From: an uncultured bacterium
GTDB taxonomy: Bacteria; Patescibacteriota; Saccharimonadia; UBA4664
Direction: 5' to 3'
NCBI GenBank assembly: GCA_963720265.1
Contig: CAVRET010000002.1
Location: 1,006,069 to 1,070,068 of the forward strand
DNA length: 64,000 nt
Shown: piece by piece, positions 9,301 through 18,580 of the stretch
How the letters are laid out: every line of letters starts with the position of its first letter
Numbering within the stretch: the first letter of the stretch is position 1
The notes under the pieces: model-generated
What the model saw: the letters and a program-made list of their open reading frames with translations, nothing else
What the model was told of the DNA's origin: nothing
Databases searched by the model: none
Translations under genes and position numbers: made by a program

Positions 9301-12129
9301 TTATTGGCTAACTTGGGGTGTGAGTTCGGCAAGCGCTTGCTGCATGGTTTCAACCGTGACGCCACTCGCTTTGATGGCCGCCAACTGGTCGTTTAGCTGG
9401 TCGGGGGTGACGTTGTAGATGCCGCCGTCGATGGTTGAGTTCACGTCCGGGTCCACCGAGTGGTAGACGAGGATCAGCCAGGTGTTGGTGGCCTGGGCCT
9501 GAGCTACCCAGTCGGCGATTTGGGCTGTGGTCGTGGTGTTGTAAACGTTTTGGACCTTGAGGTCATAGACGTTGAAGTTGTCTTTGCTGTTGTAGCCGTC
9601 TTCGACACCACGCGCCGCCGTGTAGTCGGCCTTGGCCGCACTGATAACCGAGGTATTGTAGAGACCATACGGGTAGGCAATGTCGGTCACTGGGTGGCCA
9701 GTAATGGATTCGAGGGTAGACTGTGATCCGGACATTTCCGTCTTGAGCTGCTTGGCGGTTTCTTGCGTAAGGTCGTCGTGGGTAACCGTGTGGGAGGCAA
9801 TTTCGTTACCTGATGTATAGAGATCTTCAACCTCAGCGTTGGTCAGGTAGCCGGTCTGGCCAAGCAGGTCGGTGATAATAAACTGGGTCGAGGTGAAGCC
9901 GTACTGCTCGAGCAGCGGCAGAGTCTCAGTGTATTGGTTGACGTAGCCGTCGTCGAAGGTCAGGGTAACGAGCGGACGGTTGAAGCCTACCGGGGTATAC
10001 GGGGTGAGGCTGAAGTTACTCGTTGTCAGTGAACCGACGCTTTGGATCAGGTGATAGATCGTCATAGTCTGCGCACCTTCAGGAACCGCGAATTCGGTGG
10101 TGAAATTGGTCCAGGTCGTAGCGGGTTCGGGCTGGCCGATGATGTCGTAGATGATAGAGCCGTCCGACATGTTGAAAACAGCTTCAACTTCGGTCTGGAC
10201 ATTTGATTCGTAGTACTCGGAGAACTTGTACTGTTGGTCGACGGTCACGGGAATGGCATCGAAGGCCCACTTGCTATCGCCACTCGTGTAAGCCGTGGTT
10301 TTGACATTTAAGGCCTTAGAGCCGCTGTACCCACTGGTTTGGTAGGTGAAGGTGGTGGTGTTGGTGCCCCAGGTGTCAGTTGACCAGTTTTCGGGGAGTT
10401 TTGCATTGGCCGGGTTTGCCGTCTGGACGAGCGGGTTAGGGACCAGGTTGCCGCCTGATGTGGCAGCATTATTTACGTCGACGCTGACGGCCGCTGAAGT
10501 TGCGGTTTTCCCGTTGGTGTCCGTCGCGATAGCGGTTAACGTGTGCGTGCCGTTGGCAGTTGTCGTCGAGTTCCAGGTGTATTGGTAGGGTGCGGCCGTC
10601 ACGGGCGAGCCCAGATTTACCCCGTCGAGCTGGAATTGGACGCTTTTAATGCCGGTGTTGTCGGTGGCGGTGGCCGTAATGGTTTGCGTGCCGGTGACGT
10701 CTTGGCCTCCGGTCGGTGCGGTTAGGGTAACCGAGGGCAGGCTGCTGGCCGCTAGCGAGTAGTCATCGGTGGTTAAGCTTCCGACAGACTCAATGAGGTG
10801 ATAGACCGTCGCACTTGTGGCGCCGGTTGGGGCCACAAAGTTAGCGCTAAATTGCTTCCAGCTGGTGCTCGCGGCCGGTGCGCCGAGGTAGAGATACTGA
10901 GTCGATCCGTCCGACATAGTGAAGGCAACATCGACTTCAGTCGCGACATTTGATTCGTAGTAGTCGCTAAAGGTATAAGTGAGGCCGCCTGTGACCGAAA
11001 CGGGATTGAAGATCCATTTAGCGTCACCGGACGTATAGCTCGTCATCTGCACCTCGACACTATGCGTGCCGGTGTGTCCGGTCTTTAAGTAGGAGAAGGC
11101 CGTGGTATTGGTTCCCCAGCCGCCGGTTTGCCAATACTCGGGGGTCGTGGGGCTCGTGGGGCTTGCGGTCTCAACCGATGAGTTAGCGATGAGGTTCGTG
11201 CCGATCGCAACTGGATTATTTACGGTAATAGTGAGAGCAGCTGAAGTCGTGTTCAGGCCGTTGGTGTCAGTCGCCACAGCCGTTAGACTATGGGCGCCGT
11301 TTGTTGCCGCCAGCGTATTCCAGCTGTACTGGTAAGGGGTAGTAGTAACTGGGGAACCCAGGTTTGCTCCGTCCAATTGGAATTGGACGCTTGCAATACT
11401 ACCATTGCCGCTGGTGTCGGCCGCGGTGGCCGAAAGCGTGGTCGTGCCACTAACTGAGGCGCTCGCGGCCGGGCTCGAAATGCTCACGGTGGGAGCAGTT
11501 GCCGCGGCTTGGGCGGTTAAGGAAAAATCATCGGTGGTCAATGAACCAACGCTACCTAAGAGGTGAAAGACGGTAACATTTTTGGCGGTCGAAGGAGCCG
11601 TGAAGGTGGCAGTGGCCTCAGCCCAGCCGGCACTGGCAGCTTCGGCACCAAGGTCTTGATAGGTATAGTTGCCGTTACCATCATCAAACTGGGCTACCAA
11701 TTCGGTTGCAACGGTTGATTCGTAATAATCACTAAACGCGTACTGGCCACCACTTGTAATGGCAACGGGCGTAAAGTACCATTTGGCGTCTCCGCTGGTG
11801 TAGCTTGTCATCTGCACTTCAACGCTGCGGGTGCCAGTGTGGCCGGTGTTTAAGTATGAGAACGTGGTCGAGTTCGTGCCCCAATTTCCTTCGAGCCAGC
11901 CTGCGGGCACGGCACTATTGGAAGAGTCAGCGGTTTCGACTGAAGGGTTAGCGATGAGGTTGGTGGGCGTCGTTGTGGCGGCCGCCTGAGTCAACGACAG
12001 CATACTGCTGAGCATTACAAGAACGCTTGCCAAGATGAGAAAGAATTTTTTCATAACTGGTTTTGCCCTTTCCGGAGCCCATTCGCTAACCCACCTAGCA
12101 GTTGATTGAATTGGTATATTACTATACAC
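9301..12129 (-). CDS. large secreted modular protein: 3x (CBM-like beta-sandwich + Ig-like) repeats plus C-terminal CE4 polysaccharide deacetylase (NodB) domain
   Basis: 942 aa. Signal peptide. Three ~300-aa diverged repeats, each with NWGTN...SYTSGD(A/S)KW...(S/D)(E/D)YYES...SVGSLTT then VQFQLDG.NLGSPVT..PYQY.WN. The C-terminus has LTFDDGY and SHTVTHDDL (NodB motifs 1 and 2). Confidence 0.75.
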   Translation of the reverse strand: MYSNIPIQSTARWVSEWAPERAKPVMKKFFLILASVLVMLSSMLSLTQAAATTTPTNLIANPSVETADSSNSAVPAGWLEGNWGTNSTTFSYLNTGHTGTRSVEVQMTSYTSGDAKWYFTPVAITSGGQYAFSDYYESTVATELVAQFDDGNGNYTYQDLGAEAASAGWAEATATFTAPSTAKNVTVFHLLGSVGSLTTDDFSLTAQAAATAPTVSISSPAASASVSGTTTLSATAADTSGNGSIASVQFQLDGANLGSPVTTTPYQYSWNTLAATNGAHSLTAVATDTNGLNTTSAALTITVNNPVAIGTNLIANSSVETASPTSPTTPEYWQTGGWGTNTTAFSYLKTGHTGTHSVEVQMTSYTSGDAKWIFNPVSVTGGLTYTFSDYYESNVATEVDVAFTMSDGSTQYLYLGAPAASTSWKQFSANFVAPTGATSATVYHLIESVGSLTTDDYSLAASSLPSVTLTAPTGGQDVTGTQTITATATDNTGIKSVQFQLDGVNLGSPVTAAPYQYTWNSTTTANGTHTLTAIATDTNGKTATSAAVSVDVNNAATSGGNLVPNPLVQTANPANAKLPENWSTDTWGTNTTTFTYQTSGYSGSKALNVKTTAYTSGDSKWAFDAIPVTVDQQYKFSEYYESNVQTEVEAVFNMSDGSIIYDIIGQPEPATTWTNFTTEFAVPEGAQTMTIYHLIQSVGSLTTSNFSLTPYTPVGFNRPLVTLTFDDGYVNQYTETLPLLEQYGFTSTQFIITDLLGQTGYLTNAEVEDLYTSGNEIASHTVTHDDLTQETAKQLKTEMSGSQSTLESITGHPVTDIAYPYGLYNTSVISAAKADYTAARGVEDGYNSKDNFNVYDLKVQNVYNTTTTAQIADWVAQAQATNTWLILVYHSVDPDVNSTIDGGIYNVTPDQLNDQLAAIKASGVTVETMQQALAELTPQVSQ

Positions 12130-12311
12130 AAGTTGAAATATTTGTCAAGTATTTTGTGGTGAAGAGCTATATTGTGGTGAAGAGCCAAGACAACTAGCTG
12201 CGTGCGATGGTCGTTTGCTTGCATAATCACTATTATTGTTGTAGTGTTCTCTACCGTGCACGCCAGATGAGGTGAGATAGCGGCCAGCCGGGCTGCGGAT
12301 ATTGAACTGGC

Positions 12312-12503
12312 GTGCCACGCTACGCCATGTTTTTTCTTACGCAGCCGAACTCTTCCAGCCCCTATTTGATCTTGTTCCGCATTTTTGTGGCATTTGTTGC
12401 AATCGTTTTGGCGGTCAATGTGGTCGCGTTATTGTTGACCGGACTTTACCGCTTTCGGATTCGGCGGCTTACCCGTAAATATAATCACGAGATGCCTAGA
12501 TGA
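12312..12503 (+). CDS. small membrane protein, first gene of a 4-gene operon
   Basis: 63 aa with one TM helix and a basic tail. Its stop overlaps the next start (ATGA). Confidence 0.35.
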   Translation: MPRYAMFFLTQPNSSSPYLILFRIFVAFVAIVLAVNVVALLLTGLYRFRIRRLTRKYNHEMPR

Positions 12504-13141
12504 GGCTGCTTCGTTTTCTGGGGACGGCCGTGATGATGACATGGCGTGGCATGGTAATGACCGCCTGCGCGCTTATCAGTGTGTTTGTGCTGGCCTCGGC
12601 CTATGAGTCGGTGTTTGATAAGCCGGTGGCGTTTGTGGACACGATCCAGGCCGTGAACATGTCAGCGTTTGAGCAGTCGTTTAACCTCGTCCAATCTGCA
12701 AACGATAGCTCGAGCGAATTCGGAGCCTTTGGGCAACCGGTGGTACTGAAATTGCCGTCGAGCAGCGTGCGGCTTAATGTTGTACCCGCGATCGTTAGCG
12801 GTAATTCGTTTTTGGCGCAAACCTCGACCCTGCAACTTGTGGTGACCGCGCCGCCTAACGCCGGCAATATCGGTACAGCATTTTTGTATTGCCGGTCGAG
12901 TTTTCGGACGATTTCAGACCAGAATGTGCCGAGTGCCGGCCAGAACATATTCATGGACACTAAATCCGGGTGGCGCTATATCTATAAGATTACGAGCGTG
13001 GGGTTATATCCGCAGACGCGGCCGTTCGTACCGGCCGACCCTGGTGGCAGCAGCGTTGTCATTGATGCCAATGACGCCAAGGCCGGGACAAACTTGATCA
13101 TTACCGGTACATTGCTTTCGGTGCAGGGGACAAACCAATGA
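12500..13141 (+). CDS. signal-anchored extracytoplasmic hypothetical protein
   Basis: 213 aa. N-terminal TM. Overlaps both flanking genes, indicating an operon. Confidence 0.45.
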   Translation: MRLLRFLGTAVMMTWRGMVMTACALISVFVLASAYESVFDKPVAFVDTIQAVNMSAFEQSFNLVQSANDSSSEFGAFGQPVVLKLPSSSVRLNVVPAIVSGNSFLAQTSTLQLVVTAPPNAGNIGTAFLYCRSSFRTISDQNVPSAGQNIFMDTKSGWRYIYKITSVGLYPQTRPFVPADPGGSSVVIDANDAKAGTNLIITGTLLSVQGTNQ

Positions 13142-14424
13142 CCAATGCCGACCTATTCGAGTTCTTTCGCAATGCGACGATCTTTTTTGCCACGCTGATG
13201 CTTACTAAGTATTTTTTGTTTCTCAATTTGGCGGCTTGGTTCCCGGTGCGGGAGCAGCGCCGGCGTTTCAAATTGCTCAAGCGCCAAACAAGGGCCGTGG
13301 GGCGGATCCCGGTGTACCGGCCGCTTGTTTCGGTAATCGTTCCGGCTTGGGACGAAGAGGTTGGCATTTTGCGCACAATGCTTTCGGTGCTGGCCAATGA
13401 TTACCCATATATTGAGCTCATTGTGGTAAATGATGGCTCGACTGACGGATCGCGCGCGAAAGTGGACCGTTTTATCGAGTCGAACGCGGGGTATCTAGGA
13501 CTGAGTGGTAGCCTGATGCGTCAATATTATGTGTCGCGGGGCGGCAAAGGCCGGGCCCTTAATTATGGCGTGCGACACAGCCAGGGCAAGATTGTACTGA
13601 CGCTCGATGGGGATTCGGCCCTGGCGGCGGATGCGATCTCCAAGTTGGTCGAGTATTTTCGCGATCCGGGTGTGTCGGCCGTGGTGGGCCAGGTGCGAAT
13701 TGCGAAAACGCACGGCCGGTTGATCGGGGTGATGCAGCGGCTCGAATACTTGTTTGGCTTTTACTTTAAGCGGGCTCATTGCGTGCTGGGTGCTGAGTAT
13801 ATCTATGGCGGTGCGTGCGCGGCCTTTAGGCGCAGCGACATATTTGATGCCATTGGTTTGTTTGATGAGGCCAACAAAACCGAGGATATTGAGATGTCGA
13901 TGCGGACGAAGTTTTTTGGCTTGAAGTCAGTGTATGCCGAAGATGTAATATGCTACACCGAGGGCGCGTCCACGTACGCGGGCTTGATCGCGCAACGGCT
14001 GCGGTGGAAGAAGGGGCGGTTTGATACCTTCATAAACTACCGGCGGATGTTTTTCTCGCTCGCGCGGCATCATAATAAGCCGCTGGCTTGGATGGTTTTG
14101 CCGCTGGCGCTCATCTCAGAGCTGCAGCTGTTGCTTGAACCGATCGGCGCGACGCTACTCGTGACGTATAGCATTATCGCAGGCGAATACGTTTCCTTGG
14201 CCTTGAGCATGCTGTTTATTGGTATTTCGTATTTGGCCGTGGCATTGTTCGCCAGGAATTTGCGGCTAAGCGAGCGGCTTAGGGTCATGTTCTTGTGGCC
14301 GCTGACGTGGCCGCTGTTTTACGTGCTCGTGTGGGTGGAATTTCATGCGTTACTCCGCAGCATCCATATGGGTTTACGGGGCGAGCCGATCACCTGGCAA
14401 AACTGGGGGCGCGAGGGCATATAA
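13138..14424 (+). CDS. processive GT2 synthase (QxxRW type) with C-terminal TM helices
   Basis: 428 aa. VIVPAWDEE...VVNDGSTDGS, DGDSAL (DXD), TED and QRLRWKKG (QxxRW). C-terminal hydrophobic helices. Confidence 0.75.
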   Translation: MTNADLFEFFRNATIFFATLMLTKYFLFLNLAAWFPVREQRRRFKLLKRQTRAVGRIPVYRPLVSVIVPAWDEEVGILRTMLSVLANDYPYIELIVVNDGSTDGSRAKVDRFIESNAGYLGLSGSLMRQYYVSRGGKGRALNYGVRHSQGKIVLTLDGDSALAADAISKLVEYFRDPGVSAVVGQVRIAKTHGRLIGVMQRLEYLFGFYFKRAHCVLGAEYIYGGACAAFRRSDIFDAIGLFDEANKTEDIEMSMRTKFFGLKSVYAEDVICYTEGASTYAGLIAQRLRWKKGRFDTFINYRRMFFSLARHHNKPLAWMVLPLALISELQLLLEPIGATLLVTYSIIAGEYVSLALSMLFIGISYLAVALFARNLRLSERLRVMFLWPLTWPLFYVLVWVEFHALLRSIHMGLRGEPITWQNWGREGI

Positions 14425-15603
14425 ATGAAGTTTCGGCAGATCCTTATTATTAATCTGATCTTTTGTGGGCTGGCACTGTTTTCAGTGGGGACTGTTTATG
14501 AATACCTCACCGGACAAAAGCCACTGGCCATACTATCAGCTATCGCGCCGCAGGCGGCGGCCATAAGTGTAACAACGAGCAAATGCAGCAATCAGGCGCC
14601 GCTTGATCTTGCCGGCGTCAAGGCGCCTGAGCTTCAGAAGCTGGCGGTTTACCAGCAGGCGTGCAGCAATTCGTATGTGACCGGTACGATGATGACGTTT
14701 GAGGGCATGCCGACGTCAAATGCCGAGGCTGATTCGACCGCGACCCAGATGGCTATCAAACTCAAAGAATTCGCGGCCCATGGGGTGCGGCCGCTCGTGA
14801 TGGTGGAGCCGACCGATTACACTACTAATGCCCAGCTTGATTTCGCGCAGGTGGCGTCAGGCGCCTATACGCCATATATTGACCGGTATTTCTCCGACCT
14901 GAAAGCTGCCGGCGTAACCGATGCGCAAATGGGCATTTGGAACCCGTTCCCCGAGGCTAACCTCCCCTATTGGAACAACAACCAGCCGCAGTACTTCGCG
15001 CCGGATGTGAATCTGTTTGTGTCTACGATGCGCAAGTATTTCCCGACGGCGCAGGCCTCAATCATGCTCAATTCGGCGACGTATCAGACCACGGATTTTA
15101 ACTGGCAGAACGGCGATTACGAGAGTTTATTGCCCTATGTGAAAGGTATTACGCCACAATCGATCCAGTACGCCGGTCTTGAGGGCTTCCCGTGGCTGCC
15201 GCCGGCCGGGGGTAGTGGGCCGATTTTGAACGCGGCCGAGTTCCTCAACCCGTCGATCATCAGCGAGACGGCCGATTATCTCGGCACGAAGAACATTTGG
15301 TTTAATACGGGCACGTTTAGCGAAAAGTACGCGCTTGATCCGAGCCAGATCGCATATATGACGCCTTCGGTACGCAAAGAAGTGTTGGAAACGGTGGATA
15401 CACAGGCGCAAATTTTGCAGCGCGAGGGTTATAGTGTAGCGGTGAATTTGTTTGCCCAGGATAAGAGTAAAGATTCCGAAGAGACTAATTGGTCGTATTG
15501 GCCGGGCAATGATCCGCAGGGCTCACTTTCGACCGTGGTGCTTGGGGATTTCGTACAGCAGCTGGCGCAGCAAAGGATTGGATTTTGGCTGTTTGACGAA
15601 TAA
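14425..15603 (+). CDS. membrane-anchored extracytoplasmic protein, possible polysaccharide-processing partner of the GT2 synthase
   Basis: 392 aa. N-terminal TM. The stop of the GT2 gene abuts the ATG (TAAATG). No confident domain. Confidence 0.45.
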   Translation: MKFRQILIINLIFCGLALFSVGTVYEYLTGQKPLAILSAIAPQAAAISVTTSKCSNQAPLDLAGVKAPELQKLAVYQQACSNSYVTGTMMTFEGMPTSNAEADSTATQMAIKLKEFAAHGVRPLVMVEPTDYTTNAQLDFAQVASGAYTPYIDRYFSDLKAAGVTDAQMGIWNPFPEANLPYWNNNQPQYFAPDVNLFVSTMRKYFPTAQASIMLNSATYQTTDFNWQNGDYESLLPYVKGITPQSIQYAGLEGFPWLPPAGGSGPILNAAEFLNPSIISETADYLGTKNIWFNTGTFSEKYALDPSQIAYMTPSVRKEVLETVDTQAQILQREGYSVAVNLFAQDKSKDSEETNWSYWPGNDPQGSLSTVVLGDFVQQLAQQRIGFWLFDE

Positions 15604-15683
15604 CTCGTATGGTCCAATTTTTTGTTAATGTGATGAATGCACGGACTACGTGATTCGGCTATTGTTTAAAAAAGGAATAAATT

Positions 15684-15857
15684 ATGCGATCAATTTCTTG
15701 GGGCGGTGTCATTTATTTGCTCATCGGGCTGTATATTGCCAACGTTAACGGCTACTTTGTCGATATTGCCAGCTTGAACGGGCTGTTTTCGGCAGTGCTG
15801 GCGGTGCTGTTGTGGCCGCTCGTGTTTTTGGGTGCCAATTTGCATGTGGTGATTTAA
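15684..15857 (+). CDS. small membrane protein (57 aa; below the ORF-track cutoff)
   Basis: ATG with an AAGGA SD 8 nt upstream. Two hydrophobic helices (MRSISWGGVIYLLIGLYIANV...LAVLLWPLVFLGANLHVVI). The opposite-strand track ORF 15690-15980 looks spurious. Confidence 0.3.
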   Translation: MRSISWGGVIYLLIGLYIANVNGYFVDIASLNGLFSAVLAVLLWPLVFLGANLHVVI

Positions 15858-15907
15858 ACAAAGGTTTGCGTCCAGGCCGACAATTAGGTAATTGATCTTA
15901 GCATAAA

Positions 15908-15941
15908 ATGAGGCACCCTCCTTGACGGCAGGGTGCCTCAT
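15908..15941 (-). terminator. rho-independent terminator of the sigma-factor gene (12-bp perfect stem ATGAGGCACCCT/AGGGTGCCTCAT; U-run TTTTATGC on the minus strand)
   Basis: Seen directly in the sequence. Overlaps the stop codon of 15938-17008(-). Confidence 0.5.
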
Positions 15942-17008
15942 ACGTTGCCTCCTTCTTGGAAGTTGAGCGCACTGATCCACAGATCTGGCAGTGAGACTGG
16001 AATTTCGGCCTGCCTGAGTTCAGCTATGGCGCCGGCCGCTGTGCGCCTAGCCTCGGCATTCGTTGCTAGGAGCTGAGTCAGACCGCGAATTGCGCTACCA
16101 AGGGTGGCTTGGCTGATCTCAAGGTATTCGGCCAACCCTGCGAGCAGCGGTTGCGCGAACGACCTGCCGCCGTCGCTTGCAGTCACAGCTGCTGCCAGTC
16201 CAAACCTGATCCGGTTTCTTTCCGACGCAGTCAGACGAACAACGCCGGGCGGTGCACGGTAACGGTCGACGGCCGCGATGGCGGCATCGGCCCAGCGACC
16301 AAGAGGCTTTGGCCAGGTTGCGGCCGCAGGCTCGCAGGCCGGCTGCTCGGTCTTTGCCGCGGGTCGATGTGCCTGTGGTAGTGATCTCGTTCGCCTTCGC
16401 GGCTTCATGGGAGCCGGCTGTGGTCTTCTGCGAGCTGGGGTCGGGGGCCTGCGCACGGCAGGCGCTGGCGGGCTCACCGGTGGGTTTGGCTCCTGCATGG
16501 CGGTTTGCCAAGCCGCTCTGAGTTTGCGCCTAGCCTTCCACAAGTGACTTTTGACCGTGTGCTCAGATATCCTAAGTCTATCCGCCGTTGTCTTCGAATC
16601 CAGACCGAGGAAAACGCGAAGCTGAAGCACCTCACGCTGCCTCGGGGGCAGCTTACGAATGAGCGGTGCCAGTCTGGCCAGCGCTTCATCTGTGTCCAGA
16701 CCGTCAATCGTATCGCCGTCGCCCGACAGATCGGCTACAGCCAGAATGAAATAGTCGGCGTAGCGTTCGGTCTCTTTGGCGCGGCCGCGTATCAGGTCGA
16801 CACACAGTCTCCGGGTAGTCGTGTATAGCCACGCCCTGCGCTTAGGGTCTGTGATCATGCCGGTAAATACGTCATCCCCAAGCGCCCTGACAAAGGCTTC
16901 TTGCACACAATCTTCGAGATCCTCTGTGCTCAAGCCTCGGAACCTGTGCCGCAGGTGGCGCAGCAGCGGGACGGACATCTGCGCAAACAGCTCGTTTTCA
17001 TCCATCAT
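15938..17008 (-). CDS. ECF-type sigma-70 factor with a ~180-aa C-terminal extension (Pro-rich linker plus an uncharacterised domain)
   Basis: 356 aa. Region 2 (DLEDCVQEAFVRAL...WLYTTTRRLCVDLIR) and region 4 (QREVLQLRVFLGLDSKTTADRLRISEHTVKSHLWKARRKL) in the first ~170 aa, then PPVSPPAPAVRRPPTPARRRPQPAP... and a further ~130 aa. GC-rich. Confidence 0.7.
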   Translation of the reverse strand: MMDENELFAQMSVPLLRHLRHRFRGLSTEDLEDCVQEAFVRALGDDVFTGMITDPKRRAWLYTTTRRLCVDLIRGRAKETERYADYFILAVADLSGDGDTIDGLDTDEALARLAPLIRKLPPRQREVLQLRVFLGLDSKTTADRLRISEHTVKSHLWKARRKLRAAWQTAMQEPNPPVSPPAPAVRRPPTPARRRPQPAPMKPRRRTRSLPQAHRPAAKTEQPACEPAAATWPKPLGRWADAAIAAVDRYRAPPGVVRLTASERNRIRFGLAAAVTASDGGRSFAQPLLAGLAEYLEISQATLGSAIRGLTQLLATNAEARRTAAGAIAELRQAEIPVSLPDLWISALNFQEGGNV

Positions 17009-17122
17009 TGGCTCTTCAATCTAGAAAGGTGCCTACGGGTGCACGAACGGATTGTGACAGTAAGTTCTCGGCTGATCAAGCGTAGCGGCAGCAGTTGATG
17101 GTAACGCCACGTTTTGGTATAA

Positions 17123-17980
17123 ATGGCGCACTCGCTTGTTGCGACCCAACAATCCGGATGGGAGTTCTTCATGACAGAGCCGCAGTGGGCTGCAGGTAGC
17201 AGGGACCATTCCGAGGGCGACCAAGTGGACGAACTGGTACGTACGCTTCAAGGTGACATTGAGGCTATATCAGACTTTCAGGACGAGGTCTGGGCGCTGA
17301 TCGCGAAGCTTCGGGGGCCACGGGCCGGAATGGGGAAGGGTCAGGCGGAGGCGTTTGTCCTCCGGCTGATGGCTGTTACCCGCATATCAGTCAAGTCAGA
17401 TGCCGCCGCTATTAAACTGGTGGTTCGAGCCTGGCTTGAGGCGGCGCAACGACCCGCCGGCCACGAGTCTGCCGACGCCCCTAAGGATTACTCAAGGCTG
17501 TGGGCACCGCCACAGGGGTCCGGATTTGTGCGTAACCCGGCAGGAGTCTGGCTACACCGCGTGCAGGGCTTGTCACGTGTCCGGCGGGAAGAGGCCAAGC
17601 TCTCGATTAATGCCGAGATGGCGAGGATAACCCGTGCGCCTGAGTTCCCGCGCGAACACGTTGGGGCACTCGTGCTACACGTGTTCGAAACGCCGCTCGT
17701 GCCGAGTGACGGCTACCGCAGGATGTCTGACAAGCTGGCCGCGATTCACTGGACACTCGCCTATATGGAAGGCGGCCAGCGGCCGGACTGGGAGCCGTGC
17801 ATTCTGTGGCACGGTTCGAAGAGTTTACAAGAAACAGGGTGGAGCGGCACGCACAGGCTGCTCCACCCTGAGGTTTTTTGGATCCCGTATAAGAGTCTTG
17901 TATGCAATAATTCGTCGGGCTTTAAGGGTACCACTGGTTGGCGCGGGGCCTTGCGCAGTCCCTGTGGGCTAAAGACTTAG
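17123..17980 (+). CDS. hypothetical protein (GC-rich block), divergent from the sigma-factor gene
   Basis: 285-aa ORF with no recognisable motif. Confidence 0.35.
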   Translation: MAHSLVATQQSGWEFFMTEPQWAAGSRDHSEGDQVDELVRTLQGDIEAISDFQDEVWALIAKLRGPRAGMGKGQAEAFVLRLMAVTRISVKSDAAAIKLVVRAWLEAAQRPAGHESADAPKDYSRLWAPPQGSGFVRNPAGVWLHRVQGLSRVRREEAKLSINAEMARITRAPEFPREHVGALVLHVFETPLVPSDGYRRMSDKLAAIHWTLAYMEGGQRPDWEPCILWHGSKSLQETGWSGTHRLLHPEVFWIPYKSLVCNNSSGFKGTTGWRGALRSPCGLKT

Positions 17981-18580
17981 GCCTCGTTCGAGTTCTTCGA
18001 GTGCCGCATCAAAGGCGGCGATGGAATCTAGCCGTTTGGGGCGGCCGCTGTCTGCGATGAGGGCGGCAATGCCTGCACCAATAATGGCGCCGGCGAGGTT
18101 TCTGACTCTTAGATCGGTGGGGTCTTTTTTTGACCTGTGGGCGATAAGGGCAGCAAAGAGGTCGATGGATCTGGCCATTTCGTCGAGGACCCTGGCCCTT
18201 AGTTCCGGAATGGTGCGGATAAGGGCGAACCGCTGCATTTCCTGTTCGTACTGACTTGGCTCCAGACTGGCAAACGATTGCCGGATTGCACCCCTTAAGG
18301 CCGGGATGATATCAAGGTTTGCCGGTTGGTTACGAAAGGCTTCAATGATGATCGGGTCGAGCGAATCATACATGACAATGGATTCTTTGGTCTCAAAGTA
18401 GCGAAAGAACGTGGAGGGAGAGACTTCTGACTGTTTTGCGATCTCATCAACCGTGGTTTTGGCATAGCCCTCACTTGCAAACAGCCTAAGAGCAGTTTGC
18501 TGGATGTGTCGCTTGGTCCTTAGCTTCTTAGCTTCTCTTAGTCCTGACATGGGTGTTAGGCAAGAATAGCACTGCGACAA
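17969..18580 (-). CDS. TetR family transcriptional regulator
   Basis: 203 aa. N-terminal HTH RHIQQTALRLFASEGYAKTTVDEIAKQSEVSPSTFFRYFETKE. Overlaps the 3' end of the MFS gene, indicating an operon. Confidence 0.8.
   Translation of the reverse strand: MSQCYSCLTPMSGLREAKKLRTKRHIQQTALRLFASEGYAKTTVDEIAKQSEVSPSTFFRYFETKESIVMYDSLDPIIIEAFRNQPANLDIIPALRGAIRQSFASLEPSQYEQEMQRFALIRTIPELRARVLDEMARSIDLFAALIAHRSKKDPTDLRVRNLAGAIIGAGIAALIADSGRPKRLDSIAAFDAALEELERGLSL

Noticed and set aside
15690-15980. 96-aa minus-strand track ORF
   Set aside because: No SD and no motifs. The plus strand carries a better small membrane ORF (15684-15857, AAGGA SD), and the 3' part overlaps the terminator hairpin.
16109-16707. 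Several 77-130-aa ORFs on both strands inside the sigma-factor gene
   Set aside because: Nested in a 356-aa gene with clear sigma-70 motifs. Their composition is GC-rich antisense-like.
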